A stretch of DNA of 64,000 nt from the human T2T-CHM13v2.0 reference genome, Homo sapiens, in assembly GCF_009914755.1 (NCBI RefSeq), contig NC_060933.1; one strand, given 5' to 3'. A program made the translations under genes and the position numbers. The notes under the pieces were generated by a model. That model ran no database searches, was not told the DNA's origin, and saw only the letters and a list, made by a program, of their open reading frames with translations. Below, one piece after another: positions 40,719 to 55,729 of the stretch; the stretch's first letter is position 1, and every line of letters begins with the position of its first letter.

Positions 40719-42469
40719 CTCCATTAAATAATTTAGAGTACTAAATTAGTATTTGTTACTTTTCAAAATGGCACACAGATGAACCAGAAATGATGAATTT
40801 TGATAACAAAGGGACAAAAGGGACAAGCAAACATAGCTTGGAGACTTTTACGTGACACACTTAAGCCCCATGAAAAGACAGCTAAATTCTATAAATTCAA
40901 ATAAAAACATGGGGTGAATCAGACCTTGGAAAAATGATCACTCCGTAAAGCTAAATGTAGGATATGGTTAAGCCAAGCAGCCACATCATAAAAAGATTCT
41001 CCTCTATTTATAATTTTTTGAACAATCTGGAAATAAAATTTCTGTGCGTTTATGTCCTAAGAGTCAAATCATGTCCCCTTTTTCTTATGTTGTTTTTCTA
41101 CCAATGAATAACTTGGAAGAAAAAAAATCTATGGTAGGAGAATTTGATACACTGATTATCAATTATACATGTTATAAATTTTTTCAAACTCTATCCTAAG
41201 ACTTTGCTATAGTCTTTCTTTTTTCTCTCTTTTTTTGTCTAACTGCAAGGGTACCCACCCAGATGTTTGATCCCTGAACAAGTGTGACCTGCTCAGGAGG
41301 TACACTTAATTAAATGAGGACTTAACAGGAGCACTGGTGTGTGACTTTTCTTTTTGAACTACATAGAGAAAGAAAGCCAAAATCCATGATAATGTGACAT
41401 TTAAGTTGCAAATTCATACTGGAAAAAAAATGAGGAAATGCAAAAGTTATGGTTGTCATAGTAATTCTAGCTAAATCGCAGTATGCATAGTGTACTCCCT
41501 AAGACTCATTTACATTATAAAATCACATATGACATATTATATTATGTATTTTAATGTTACATGGTACATGATTCCTACTAACATATGCATTTATATGAAC
41601 ACAAAATCAGCTCTTTTTTCATTTATACATTTTGCTGTATTTCACATGTAAAAAGCTGACTGTAAAGAATTTCCCTAAATCCGTACTAAAATTTTAAATT
41701 CTGAGTATAGTTTATTTACTATGTCTTCCTTCCTCTTTACCAGAACATGGTGTTTGCAGTAATGCATTCAAAGAGATATGAGATGGTCGCATTTCACTCC
41801 ATCAGTACTCACATCAAAGCCTCTGAATGGGAGATGAAACATTTAAAAAAATGTAGAATGCTGGATTCTGTAATCCCAGTTCACTTTTTTTTTTGTAATT
41901 TCTACATACCACATTATACATTCTATCCCAGGTAGTTAAGGTCCCAGCAAGCCTAGAAATTCTGTGATTCTGTGATTCTCCCAAGTTACAGACTTTTTTC
42001 TCAAAAAATACCTACCACTTCTCCAATAGTTATCCCACTATTTCCCTGATGAATGCTTTTGAAATCTCATTTAATTTTGTAAGACAAAATTGAAACATCC
42101 CTCAGGCAACAAATAATAGCATGCACATTATATGTTTTTTTCCTCCACTAAAAGTTATGTTTTTCTTAGGGCAAAACTTGATAGAAAAACCAAGATTTTT
42201 ATGAATAACTTGAAGGCAAATTATTATAGCTCACACTTTCATAGCTTCAAAGCATCTCAAAGAAAGTATATACTATTTTTGGTATATTCTATCAAACAAA
42301 TCTAAGTGAGAGAAAGGATTTTTCAATTTCTCTGTTACTTTTAAGCATCACCCCAATTAAACATTCCCCTCTTCTAAAGGGAGATAGCATTGGAGTGCTC
42401 TTAGCTTAAGCCAAACCCAGCCAGCCTGCAGTTGACATTGGCGTCCGCTCATTCACGTCACTTACCTTG

Positions 42470-42635
42470 GTGTATTGTAGTCCTGTGTTTACTTATCTGT
42501 CTGCCATGGAGAACTCAGAATTCAGGCCTTATCCTGTTCCTTATTGTGTACATCATTGTACCCTAGTCAGTTCACAAAGTGTACCACCACATAGGAAGCA
42601 CACAGAGATATATTTGGGGAATGAGTTAATGAATT
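42470..42635 (+). mobile_element. L2 3' end fragment
   Basis: TGTTTACTTATCTGTCTGCC...CACATAGGAAGCAC...ATATTTGGGGAATGAGTTAATGAAT. Confidence 0.55.
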
Positions 42636-42929
42636 ATGACTTACTAAAACTGTCTCTCCAGTATGGATGCTATTATTATTAAGTTTATAGTACATGCTTA
42701 ATAAATTTTTGGCAAAGAAAAGGGGGAAAGAAGGAGGGAAAAAAGCCTCTAGCTGCACTCTGAGTTGAGTAGATAAATTCTTTAAAATATCCAAGAAGAA
42801 GTACCGCTTTAAAGGAAATCACAGATAGCAGCAGCCAGTTTTTCTGTTTTAAGGATATTTGACAATGGTGTCTGAGATGCTAGTGCCTTATAGCAAAATA
42901 TTCATGGAAAGAGTTAAATAGAAAGTTTG

Positions 42930-43338
<409 letters not shown>

Positions 43339-43506
43339 TCAAGGCCATTTTGTTTTCCTCTGTCCCATGTCTTCTCCTAGTGACATTCCACAGATTGAAA
43401 GAGCATGACAGCAGAAACAACCATGAGTTATCATTGTCCAAAAGAGCCTTGGGCCAAAAGCCACCATTTCAATAAATGAGGAGTCTTCAAGTATTTGAAA
43501 ATCAGA

Positions 43507-43923
<417 letters not shown>

Positions 43924-44053
43924 CTAGTCTTTGCTTCATTCTAAGTTTCTTATAAACATTCACTAGTAATTATTGGATACTTCTTATATTCCACCATGGT
44001 TCTTAGTTCTTTACAAATGCTAACTCAGTAGATCCATGTGACATCATTACAAG

Positions 44054-44580
44054 TGTGCCAGACACTGCTATTTCCTTAGCCAATATCCCTTTTCCTCCTT
44101 TTTTCCACATAAATAAGAACTTCCTTTTGTTTGGGTGTGGCAATATGGTTAGCTAAATTATTGAAATGTCTAGCTTCCCTTTCATGGTCATGCGATGCAG
44201 TTCTATTCAATGAGAAGGAGGCAGAGGTTTTGGGAAGGGCTTGCATTACCAAACAATAGGGCAGAGCAGTCTAAGGAAAATATGTTATGCTTTATCTCTT
44301 TTCCTTTGTCTCTGATGTTGCCTGGAATATAAGTATCGGTAGGCATAGAAGCTGTCTTGAGACCATGAGAATAAAAGTCGCATATTGCTCCACACATTAA
44401 GGATAGTGACACAAAACTATTTTTTAAAGTCCGGAACATGGATGGTCTCCCAGGGCCATTGTTTCATCCCTGGACTGCCTACTCCTGACTTTTTGTTACC
44501 CTAGAAAAATAAACATTATTTGCACAAGCCACTGAACTCACATTTGTTACATGCAGCTAAACCTAAATCCTCACTGATCA
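44054..44580 (+). mobile_element. Old MaLR LTR (MLT1J-like), inserted within a minus-strand MIR (~43960-44720)
   Basis: CCCTGGACTGCCTACTCCTGACTTTTTGTTAC...AATAAAC...AAGCCACTG...TGTTACATGCAGCTAAAC. Confidence 0.7.
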
Positions 44581-44741
44581 AGGTAGATACATACCATTTA
44601 AACTCCTACCTTTCTAGTGAGAAAATAAGGCACAATGAGATTCAGTACACTGGCCAAGATCTCTCAGACAGGATGTGGAGGGCCTAGAATACGCGTCCAA
44701 GCCAATGGCTCTTAAACCCGTGCTTCCAGCCTCCTGTCTGA

Positions 44742-44745
<4 letters not shown>

Positions 44746-44793
<48 letters not shown>
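44746..44793 (+). repeat. (TC)n microsatellite, ~24 units
   Basis: Visible directly in the sequence. Confidence 0.95.
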
Positions 44794-44794
<1 letters not shown>

Positions 44795-45854
44795 ACTCCT
44801 ACAGATCCTCAGGGCTTTGGCTCATTTTTTCAAGCAGTCATCCCTGTTTCTTGGTTCTAACATAGAGAAAAACAAAGTAGTCATGACAGACTTTACAGCA
44901 TTTAAAGTCTTAAGATTAGAGAAAACCATTTCAGAAAGAAATTATCTGTGATATTTCTAAGAAACACATGAAAGCTTTTAACAAAGTCTTAAACTAATAG
45001 CCTTGAGATCTATCTGCAATGGACTTGGGAGGAGTAAACTGAAAACGAGTGAAAACATCTTTCACGTCCAAGGGCTAAATCCCTGTTTCTCATTAAGACA
45101 ATGTAGTTCTAAGGCCATGCCGGGAGAGCTGTGACTTAGTTGTCAATCTTCAACCATCACGCTCTCAATCTTTTCTCTCGTAGCAAAGCTTTAAGTGGAG
45201 ATGCGTGTGTTCTACCTCTTGATATAAATTGTTTTAATTGCTTATTAAGGTTTAAAATGTACAACTGTGAAAGCAAGAAGAATGCAAATTTCCTGTCAGC
45301 ATTCTTTCTTCCGAGAAAGCTCCCAGCAAGTTTAGCACCCATAGAGATTTAACTTTATCAAATGTAACATGGGAAGGGGAGAATAGCCAATATATCTAAG
45401 ACCTGGAAATAGGCTTAATCCACCCACTGACCCTGGGAAGCATTCTAGAGAGTGGTCATTTGGCCATTTTAATAACAGTCTTGCAATGTAAATGCTCATC
45501 TATTGAAATAGAACATTTCTGAGCACTAGAATTAATTCTAAGTGAATCTGTCAGAAATACCTTAGAGTAACATTTCCAAAGGCTCTAATAGTCAAATTTA
45601 GGAAATATTATATTTTGAAGAAATTCACAATGTATATTAGTGTATTAAAGACTCTGAAAGTTTCTGCAACAAAGGGACCAGTTTGGAATCATTCGATACA
45701 TTTAAATACACTTTGGGGAAATATTGTCCTACATGGAAATTGGAAATATCTTTACCTTACCAGGTTAATGCTTACATTTATACATTTATAATTTTCCCTG
45801 ACTCTCACCCCAACTCATAAAGCCTTTAGATATGTAGGAATGTTGAGTCAATTA

Positions 45855-46594
45855 CAGTCAGTCTTCATTTTTGGCAGATTTCATATTTGCAAATTTGCTA
45901 ACTCACTAAAATGTATTTGTAATCCAAAAATCAATATTCAGAGTGCTTTTGTGCTCAGACAAGCACAGAGAGGCAAAAACTTTGTCACCCAACATGCATG
46001 TTCCCAGCTGGGGTTGAATGTTCTGCTGTGTTTCAACTCTCATACTGCAAATGAGTGTTCTTTTCTCCAAATAGCAAATGCCACATTTTTCACATTTTTG
46101 TGGTTTTTGTTGGTGATTTAGCTGTTCAAAATGTCCCCCAAACCTCCTAGTGCTAAAGTTCTGTCTGGTATTCCTAAGGGCAAGAAGGCTGTGATGTGTT
46201 TTACATAGAAAATATGTATGTTAGATTAGCTTCATTCAGGCATAAGTTATAGTACTATTGGCATATATAGATATACATATAGTATATTATGTATTTTAAA
46301 ACATGTGTATATTTATATAAAATATATATGACAGTAGCATGGTAACTCATGATGGAATGCCCATATTTTATTAATATATAATATTAATGAATCAACTATA
46401 TGTTCAATAAGCTGTCTTTAAACAGACACATTTAAAACAAGGCTATGTATTGTGTTGGTTGACAAAAATATGACTAGAGGCTCACAGGAACCTACGCTTG
46501 TATTTCCCCTAGGAGCAGGTGTTCAAGATTGGCAAATTCAGTGCTGATGATAACTTTATAGAACATAACTACTGTAAATAATGAGAACTGACTG
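45855..46594. mobile_element. MER82 (TcMar-Tigger non-autonomous DNA transposon)
   Basis: TIRs CAGTCAGTCTTCATT / AATGAGAACTGACTG, preceded by TA; internal TATTTCCCCTAGGAGCA motif. Confidence 0.88.
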
Positions 46595-46719
46595 TCTTGT
46601 GTTAATAAGTTTTAAATTTTCTTCAACACATAAGAACAAGGAACCAATAGGAAAACTTTATATGTGTCACTCTGTCTTCGGGAACTTATAATTTAAGAAT
46701 AGCTGAATAGAATCAAAAG

Positions 46720-46890
46720 TATAACATTTACTGAGCACTCACTAAGTGCTAGGCACTGTTTTAAGTTCTTCACATGTATACATCATTAAATCCTTAGAAT
46801 AACTTGTGGAGGGGAAACACTTTATCGTCTATATTTAACCTAAGGAAACTGAGACATAGAGAAGTTAAGCAACCTGATCATACTCGCACA
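46720..46890 (-). mobile_element. MIR
   Basis: CATTTACTGAGCACTCACTAAGTGCTAGGCACTG...AGGAAACTGAGACATAGAGAAGTTAAG. Confidence 0.8.
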
Positions 46891-47799
46891 TGGTTTTTTC
46901 TTTTTTAAAAAAATGTTTAGAAACATCTGGTGAGTGTTAACATTAGATCATCTGCTTTGTACAAGATAATGAGCTGTTTGCTCCCTATTTTCTGACCTAC
47001 AAATGGCTACTGAGGATCCCTCTTGTAGACCCTTCCACTTTGGCTTCCTTGATTTTCTCCCCTCTATAACACCCTGAGTTAATTAATTAGGTCATTCACT
47101 ACTCAACTCTCCTGAGTTTCTAAGACCTGTAGGATGAAGTTCAAGCTCTGGAAACTTATTTTTAATCTGATCATATTACACTAAACTCAACAACTCCCGG
47201 CAGTCAGGAGGCTAGAGAGGTAGTCTTGGAGTGAACAATTTGGACACCATGATAGGACACTATGCAGCCTTGTTGTTAGCTAGCTTTATGAGTGGATATG
47301 CCATTTCTCTCTGGTTCCTGTCTCAAACAGTTTGAGTGTTGGAACTGTATCTCATCCTTCAGGATAGTACTCTCCCCTTCTCTCATCTTCCTAGTACAGC
47401 TGAAACAGTATCTTGCACACAGCAGGTGTGCTAATGAGTAATTGTTTATTAAACAATACGGTGTATTCTAGGAAGAAGTAAAAAAAATAACAGCACATCT
47501 GAAACCACTATGGTACTTGTATACTTATACATAAATTTTATTCTATAAAATAGGTGAGTTCTGGGAGGAAAAAAAAGTGTATGTGGATTGATTGTTATAA
47601 ATTTTCATTTCCAGTAAATAACTTTAAAATAAAGGAATTATAATTCTTGAGTAATGCACAATATTTTTGTGGTGGTAAAATTTGTTCCCACATCCCAGAT
47701 CTGCTTTCTATGTATAATTTAACTTTCATGTGTATCCAGAACTCTAAGTTTTAAGACTGAAAATACTGTATGAAGCCTCTGTGGCCTGTGGGACAATAT

Positions 47800-48030
47800 C
47801 AAGTAGTCTAATACACACTTCTACTTTGAGCCCCAGAAGGAGAAAAGGAGGCAAAAAGGTTATTTGAGGAAAGGGTTATTTGGGAAATTGTTAGGTAATT
47901 TCCCAAATTGGATGAAAACTAAACTCACAGATCCAAGAATGTCAATTAGTCTCTGGCAGAATAAGCACACACACACAAAAATTACTAGGGGTTATTAAAA
48001 TCAAATTGCCGAAAACCAGTGATAAAGAGA
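47800..48030 (+). mobile_element. Old L1M ORF1 fragment
   Basis: TTCCCAAATTGGATGAAAAC...ACAGATCCAAGAA...AAAACCAGTGATAAAGAG. Confidence 0.6.
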
Positions 48031-48049
48031 TTTGAATATCTCACTTTTA

Positions 48050-48410
48050 ATTGCTGGTCTTCAGTATTTGTTCATCTGTAAAATGGGTAAAATTATCCAC
48101 TTTGTTGGGGTTTTTTAATTATTAGAAGGCTAAGTAAGTAAAGCAAACAACATGTATTTAGGAAGGCCCCCATAACATAGCGATTCTCAACAAAGGTTTG
48201 GCAATCCAACAGCTTGGGTTCAAAGCTCAGCTCTGCCACTGAGCGATCTTTAGCGGTACACAAACTCTCTGTGCTTCTGTTTTCTCACTGGTAAAATGGA
48301 ATTATATAACAATCCTACTAGTCGTGAGAGTTAAATGATGTGAGATGGTGGCTATAAAACGTAACAATACCAGAAAATAGCTGGTGTTCAATAAATGATA
48401 AAGCTACTAT
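48050..48410 (+). mobile_element. Two MIR fragments
   Basis: CATCTGTAAAATGGG and TGGGTTCAAAGCTCAGCTCTGCCACT...CTGTTTTCTCACTGGTAAAATGG cores. Confidence 0.7.
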
Positions 48411-49325
48411 ATCATTCATTAAGAAGCAAACCATGCTGTAGCACTATTGCGATGCCTTCACCAAGCTGTGCCTGTTGCATCCCAATGTGCCCGTTAGAAC
48501 TGGTTCTCGGTTCCTTGGATAAATAAAGTGTTCTGCTTTGCTGAAGGAAAAAATCAAGGGAAGTGAACTTGTAAAATTAGGCAGAATCTAGTTTCCCTTA
48601 GGCTCTCTTGAAAGACAATCTATTTCTGCTACCAGCAAACTTTTTTAATAGAATAGTGTTTTCATAAGAAGCCCCCCCAAGAGTGTAGAAGAAACCTAGA
48701 AACTATTAAGTAATATTAATCCATAAATAAAAGAAGAAACAGTGCCCACTGGAACCTACAGCAATTAATTTTGACCCTGTCAGCTCTTGTGAGCTTCAGA
48801 ATTGTAGGTTTGGTTTGAGTTCTCAGTTAGTATTCATCCATTAGGATAAAACGTCCCCATGTGAGCAAACAAACAGATAAAAGCATCCCTCCTTGCACAA
48901 GAAAAAATGACTACAAATTCACTTAGAGATCTGTCCATCATTCTGTTACCAAGCTCCATTTTGCTTTGTTGGACTTGGCATCTTAATAAGACTATTTTAT
49001 CTTAAAAAAGACTAAAGTCGAATTTAGTAAGACCCTGTTTGAGGTGTCATTTTGGGTTGATATGATTTCATATCATCATAGGGCAAAAAGATTTGGATCA
49101 ACATCTTGCTTCCTGCTGACTTTACTGACAGCACTAAGAATCTCATCTCAGAGGAGTGGATGTGAATGCACTTATTGACAACACGTAAATAAGAGAAGAT
49201 TAGTGGTTTTGCTGGTGAAATAAAAACACCTTGACTTTCAAAAAGCCTGTTTGAAACTGACTGTTCATGACTGTATACAATTGACACTTGGAGTTATTCC
49301 ATCTTCCCATAAAGTATAAGCAAAC

Positions 49326-49830
49326 TGTCTTATCAAGATTCTTTTGGTTGCAAGTAATTGATAGAAACTCAAGTTTACTAAAGAAAAAAAATGCATTTAT
49401 TAAAAACTTGCTGAATGTGGGAGAGACTGAACCTGTCAAGTAACTGCAACCAGAACTGGAAATTCAACAAGAATTCAGGCTGTCCTCTTTCTCCCTCTGT
49501 TTTTCTTCTCTGCTTCAGTTTATCTCGGTGTTCTTTGTTTTCTCTTTACTGACCAGTTTTCCACCTTTTCTTTGCACATGGCAGGCGTCTGACCTAGCTC
49601 CCCCCATTACATTCCACAGGCAGACATTAATAGGTTATCTCTGAATCCCAACTCCAAGCTACTAGGAGTAAAATCTCACACTCAACTCAGGTCAGATATA
49701 CTCTGGTAGTCTAATAAGCATGTCAATGTGTAGACATAGTCTGGGGTGCAAGATTGTGTGACATGTTCATGAGATATCTGAGCTCCACTTCTGTGAGGAA
49801 TGAAGGGGCTGTTCTCAGAGAAGGGAGATA
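49326..49830 (-). mobile_element. Old MaLR LTR (MLT1K/L/N-like)
   Basis: TGTCTTATCAAGATTCTTTTGGTTGCAAGTAA...AGAAAC terminus. Confidence 0.55.
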
Positions 49831-50053
49831 TTTAGTAGATACTCCCCAAAACATTATATATTTGTGCTTATTAATAACAGCTACAAAAGAAGATAATGTC
49901 TATGTCCAGCAAACAATTCAATTCTTATACTCCCCCAAAATCACCTTATGTGAGGAAGAGGCTGCCACAGACAACACTGTCCCAGCCTTAGAGAGACTGG
50001 GGGTAAACAGGTGACTTGAAAGAGGCCAGATCTGTGATCATTAAGAAAACACA

Positions 50054-50443
<390 letters not shown>

Positions 50444-51479
50444 CTACGGTTAGTGGGAATTTGAGCTCAAACCTAAATATTAGCAAAGATAAAACTTTAT
50501 GTAGAAGTTTGTACCTTTTATTTTTAAAGCATTACAACTTATAGCTAAGCTGAAGTCTGTTTAAAGTGTAATAAAACAAGCTATTCCTTTGAGATAATAC
50601 CTTGGGAATACTCAAAGGAGTTGATAAAGCTGAAAGGCATTTTCACCTTGATGTGTTGACTTGATGGTAAATATAAACCTTCAGGATGTTGTATATTTCT
50701 TGTAATTTTTTTTATCATCTGCCTCTCCCTCATATTTTTATCCTGAACTCATTCAGAATAGACTGGCTCTTCACTTTCCTTGGAACTTCTCATTTTCCAC
50801 AGCACCTATGAGGAATTCCCAGTCTATCGAATAAAGTAGATTTTAAAAATCATTTATGTAAAAAAAACCATACATTTTAGAGTTGTAGATTGAGATATAT
50901 TGGGGTAAAATTGCATGATGTCTAAGGTTTGCCTTGAATACTTTAGCAAAAAAAAAGAAAAAAGTATTTATATAGCTAATATGGTCTAAATAATAGATAT
51001 TTGGATGTGTATTGTACTATACTCTCTACTTTTGTAGACATTTTAAATACTTAATAATTCTAAGATAGTTTAACATTTTATTAATAAAAATGTGATGCCT
51101 AGTGTAGCTATTCTTCTCATGTTGGAAGCCCTCCTTCATAACCCTGGCCTTGTGTTGTTGAGCTTCTCTTTGAAAATCTAAGTCAGTCCATTCCATCTTG
51201 GGACAACTATGACTATTTTTTATGGTGTGAAAACTTATTTATTTCAGGCATCAATAACCCCATATTTATGCATCTTCTACCTGGAAGTCATTCAAATGTC
51301 TATTGGAAAAAAATGGTATAAGAATTACTGCTAGTTTTCTTTAATGAAATAATGAAATAATTATGTTTTTAAAATGTTCTTCTTAGAGAAGCATTTTTAA
51401 TGTTCATCTCATTTCGAGTATTTAGATATAAAAGGATGTGATATCTGGGATTTGTTTTAAAATAATTCAAAAAAACTAA

Positions 51480-51869
<390 letters not shown>

Positions 51870-51876
51870 TTTTTAA

Positions 51877-52216
<340 letters not shown>

Positions 52217-52619
52217 TGTTCTCACAAGTTTTGTGTATGTTTTAAAGTTTTTTTTCCACAAAATTATTCTTAAAAGGCTATATATGTTTTTGCATATATT
52301 TGCAAAGATTATATGAGACACGTGTTTCCAAAAATATGTTTTATAAATGCTTGCTATATGTTTATTTTAAATGAATATTTGATAATATTTTCCTTTATTT
52401 AGGTTCACACTCTCAGTAGTCATGTACTTTGTCATTATTTATTTCCCCATGGTCTCTGAGAGTACTCTGATATTCTGGCCCCTTGTGGGAGATGGCATTT
52501 CTATTCTGTCCCAAACTCAACCCTCCAACCACCTCACTGTACAAGATAGTAACTGTGGTCAAATATCCCTATTATATTCTAAATTGGTCACATGCAAAAG
52601 CTGTCAAACGGAAAATATT

Positions 52620-54580
52620 GAAGTGATGTCAGTAGAAATAGTGAAGTAAGATCCTCTGAAAATCCTTTCCTCCATAAAAGCAAAGAGAATAGTAGAAATA
52701 AATAGTCAAGATCAATTTTTAATAAATTTTTACATTAACTAAGGAGTTACAACCCTCTGGAGAGAATCTGTTCAAGAAAAACAGCCAAATATCAGTAAAA
52801 CAACATGCTTTATGGCATTTTAACTTGTCCTATTTCCATTCTTTCTTCCACATTTTCACAGGAGATTTAAAAACCAACATTCTCAAAATTGTGGTGAAAA
52901 CAAGCAGCCTAGCAGCCACTGAAGGTGAAAGAAAAGAGTTGAAGTTTCTCCAAAATCCTATTTACAGAGAATTGTCATTATTTAACCTGTCTAGCATTTT
53001 CCTGGCAAACCCATATGCATGGCTTGTCCTTATTTGACCTAACTCAGAGCTTTGCCAATTGGACAACGGAACAGACTTTTGCCGAGGGGTGCTTGTTAAA
53101 AAATAATAATAATAGGTGCAACTGTTTAATGCTGCATCTGCTTAAGGCAATGATAACAGTTGGGGAAAACAGCAACCTGACTTTAAAAAGTAAAATCAAA
53201 AGCTAGAGAAGGAGATGTCTATAAAGAGCTTTAAAAAACTCCCACATTTTCCTGGGACTCTAGAAGACCACACACGTGTCGAGTTGTGTGCGTGCCCAGA
53301 GCTGTGTGCATGCTTAGGGAAGATCTGCCAAGGCCTTAAGTATTCACCCAAGGCTGAACTTGAGGCTCTTGTCAGGCAGTAGGTGAAGGATAAGGCAGAG
53401 CAGTAAACTGCCTGAGTGTGGAAAGTGTGCCCCAACATACACACAGGACCCTTTAGCAATAACTGGGAGACTTACTGGTCTTATGCATTTAAGGAAATCT
53501 CTGTCCAGATAGCAGACCATTAAAGCAAATGAGCAAAAATATTAGTGGCCATAGATACTAAATATAGACTTTACAGAATTATTTCAGAAAAGTCACTAAA
53601 TAAACAGGGGCAATAGCAACAATAACAAAAAACCCTAAAGAGGTTGGATAATATGACTTTTAGAATTGCCACACTATATTGTTTAAAATGTCCAGTTTTA
53701 AATAACGAACTTAGAGACGTACAATAAATCAGAAATGATGGCACGTACAGACGGGGAACATCAGTCAATGAAAACTATCCTTAAGGCAGTCTAAAAGTTG
53801 GACCTACTAGACAAAGACATGAAACCAGCTATTTTAAATATGTACAAAGAATTGAAGGAAAATATGAACAAAAGACCAAAGGAAAATATGAAAAGGATAG
53901 CTTACCAAATAGAAAATATCAATAAAGTACCACTGAACTTGAAGGCAGAAAATGGAAATCATCCAGCCAAAGGAGCAAAAAGAATAAAAAAAGAGTGAAG
54001 ATAATTTAAGAAATTTATGGGACCATCAAGCAAAACAATATATACATTATGGTAGTTCAAGAGGAAGAAGACAAAGAAGAGAAGAAAGCTCACTCAAAGA
54101 AATAATGCCTGAAAACTTCCTGGACCTAACGAAAGAAATGGTCACCCAGATACTGGAAGCCCAAAGGATACCAAATAAATTGAGCCCAAAGAAATCTACA
54201 TAAAGACACATTATAATAAAGTTGTTAAAAGTTAAAAAATTTTGGAAGCAGCAAAAGCAGGCACCTGTCACAAACAAGGGAACCATTATAAGGCTATGAG
54301 TGGATTTTTCAGCAGCTACTTTGCAGGCAAGAAGAGAGTGAAATTATATATTTAGTGCTGAAAGAAAAAAAAACTGTCAACCAAGAAGGATATACCTGGC
54401 AATACTCTTCAAAAATGAAAGGGAGATAAAGACTTTCTCAAATAAAAACTTAGGAATTTCATCACCACTAGGTCTGCTTCACAAAAACTGCTGAATGTAG
54501 TTCTTCCATTTTAAACAAAAGGATGCTAAACTGCAACATGAGAGCATAAGAAAGTATGAAATTCATTTGTAAACATTAAC
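52620..54580 (+). mobile_element. Old L1M4/L1MB-type 5' UTR and ORF1 fragment
   Basis: ORF1-like MDLLDKDMKPAILNMYKELKE (53798..53998) and AAGAAATAATGCCTGAAAACTTCC. Confidence 0.7.
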
Positions 54581-54599
54581 TTTGTTTAACTTAAAGTCA

Positions 54600-54812
54600 A
54601 CTGAGTTGGGACCTTAAATTAATTATGTCAGCAAAATCTCTTCATCTTTGCCATAACATAACCTAATATAACATCTTTCCCATAACATAACCTAATTATG
54701 GGAATAAAATCCCATCATATTCACAGCTCCTGCTCACAATCAGTAAGAGATTATATAGGGTGTATAAATTAGGTGCCAGAATCCTGGGGACAATCTTAAA
54801 ATTCTGTCTACC
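54600..54812 (-). mobile_element. MaLR LTR fragment (MLT1E/F-like) with a 25-bp tandem duplication (54643-54667 / 54672-54696)
   Basis: CCCATCATATTCACAG...CTTAAAATTCTGTCTACC. Confidence 0.65.
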
Positions 54813-55067
54813 CTGATCTGGCATAAGAGAAGTGCTGAGTATAAAGTACTTATTGTTATTATTAATGATATTACTGTTATTACTATTGTTATGACTAGTC
54901 CATGTTAAAATTTCTTCCCAACACTACTTGTGTGCTTTCAGTACTTGGTGCACTGGAGGGAATTGATAGTATATTATAACATTTAAAGAAGTAATTCAAG
55001 CAGAGGAGTAGCCTGTGTTCACAAAATGGAAAAAGAGGAAATTCCATCCGTATTACATAATTCAATA

Positions 55068-55381
55068 GAGTCATGTGTCATTTAGTGACAGAAATACTTT
55101 CTGAGAAAAGCATCGTTAGGCAATTTTGTTGTGCAGACACTCTATAGTGTACAGTATTTACAAAAACCTAGATGATGTATCATAATTCTATAAACCTAAG
55201 CCTATTGCTTCTAGACTAGAAACTTGTACAGCATGTTACTGTACTGAATACTGTAGGCAATTGTGACACAAATCACTAGATGAAAGAAAATTTTAAGCTT
55301 CGTTATAATCTCATGGGACAACCATGGTCTGGTCTATACTCTCCATCATTGACCAAAATGTTGTTATGCAGTGCATGACTG
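55068..55381. mobile_element. Tigger3a-like DNA transposon
   Basis: TA-GAGTCATGTGTCATTTAGTGAC ... GTTATGCAGTGCATGACTG-TA: TIRs with TA TSD. Confidence 0.87.
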
Positions 55382-55729
55382 TAGTTGTGTTTTAGAGAAA
55401 ACTGTGGAAAACTAATTATATATAACTGAAATTTTCCAGCTGACTTCTTATTTGAGCTGACGTAGTTAGGAAGGAAAAAATGTAGCCCTGGATGTAGTAA
55501 ACTATCTGGGGCCCATACTAACCATTCTGTTTACAAACCAACCTTTTTAATGTAATATTGGTATGTTCTCTTTAGGATGTAGCAAAACAGGGGCAACAGA
55601 ATATCATAAAGGCTTGGTTGGTGGCAGGAAAAGAAAACATTACAAAGATCCCCAAATTGTGTGTGTTTAAGGAGTGAATTCCTTAAATTCAGAATGCTGC
55701 ACATGAAGCTATCCAAGACAGATGTTTTT

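Noticed and set aside
45560-45730. Possible MER5-type hAT relic
   Set aside because: Only a faint terminal resemblance (ACACTTTGGGGAAATATTG); too weak to call without an HMM search.
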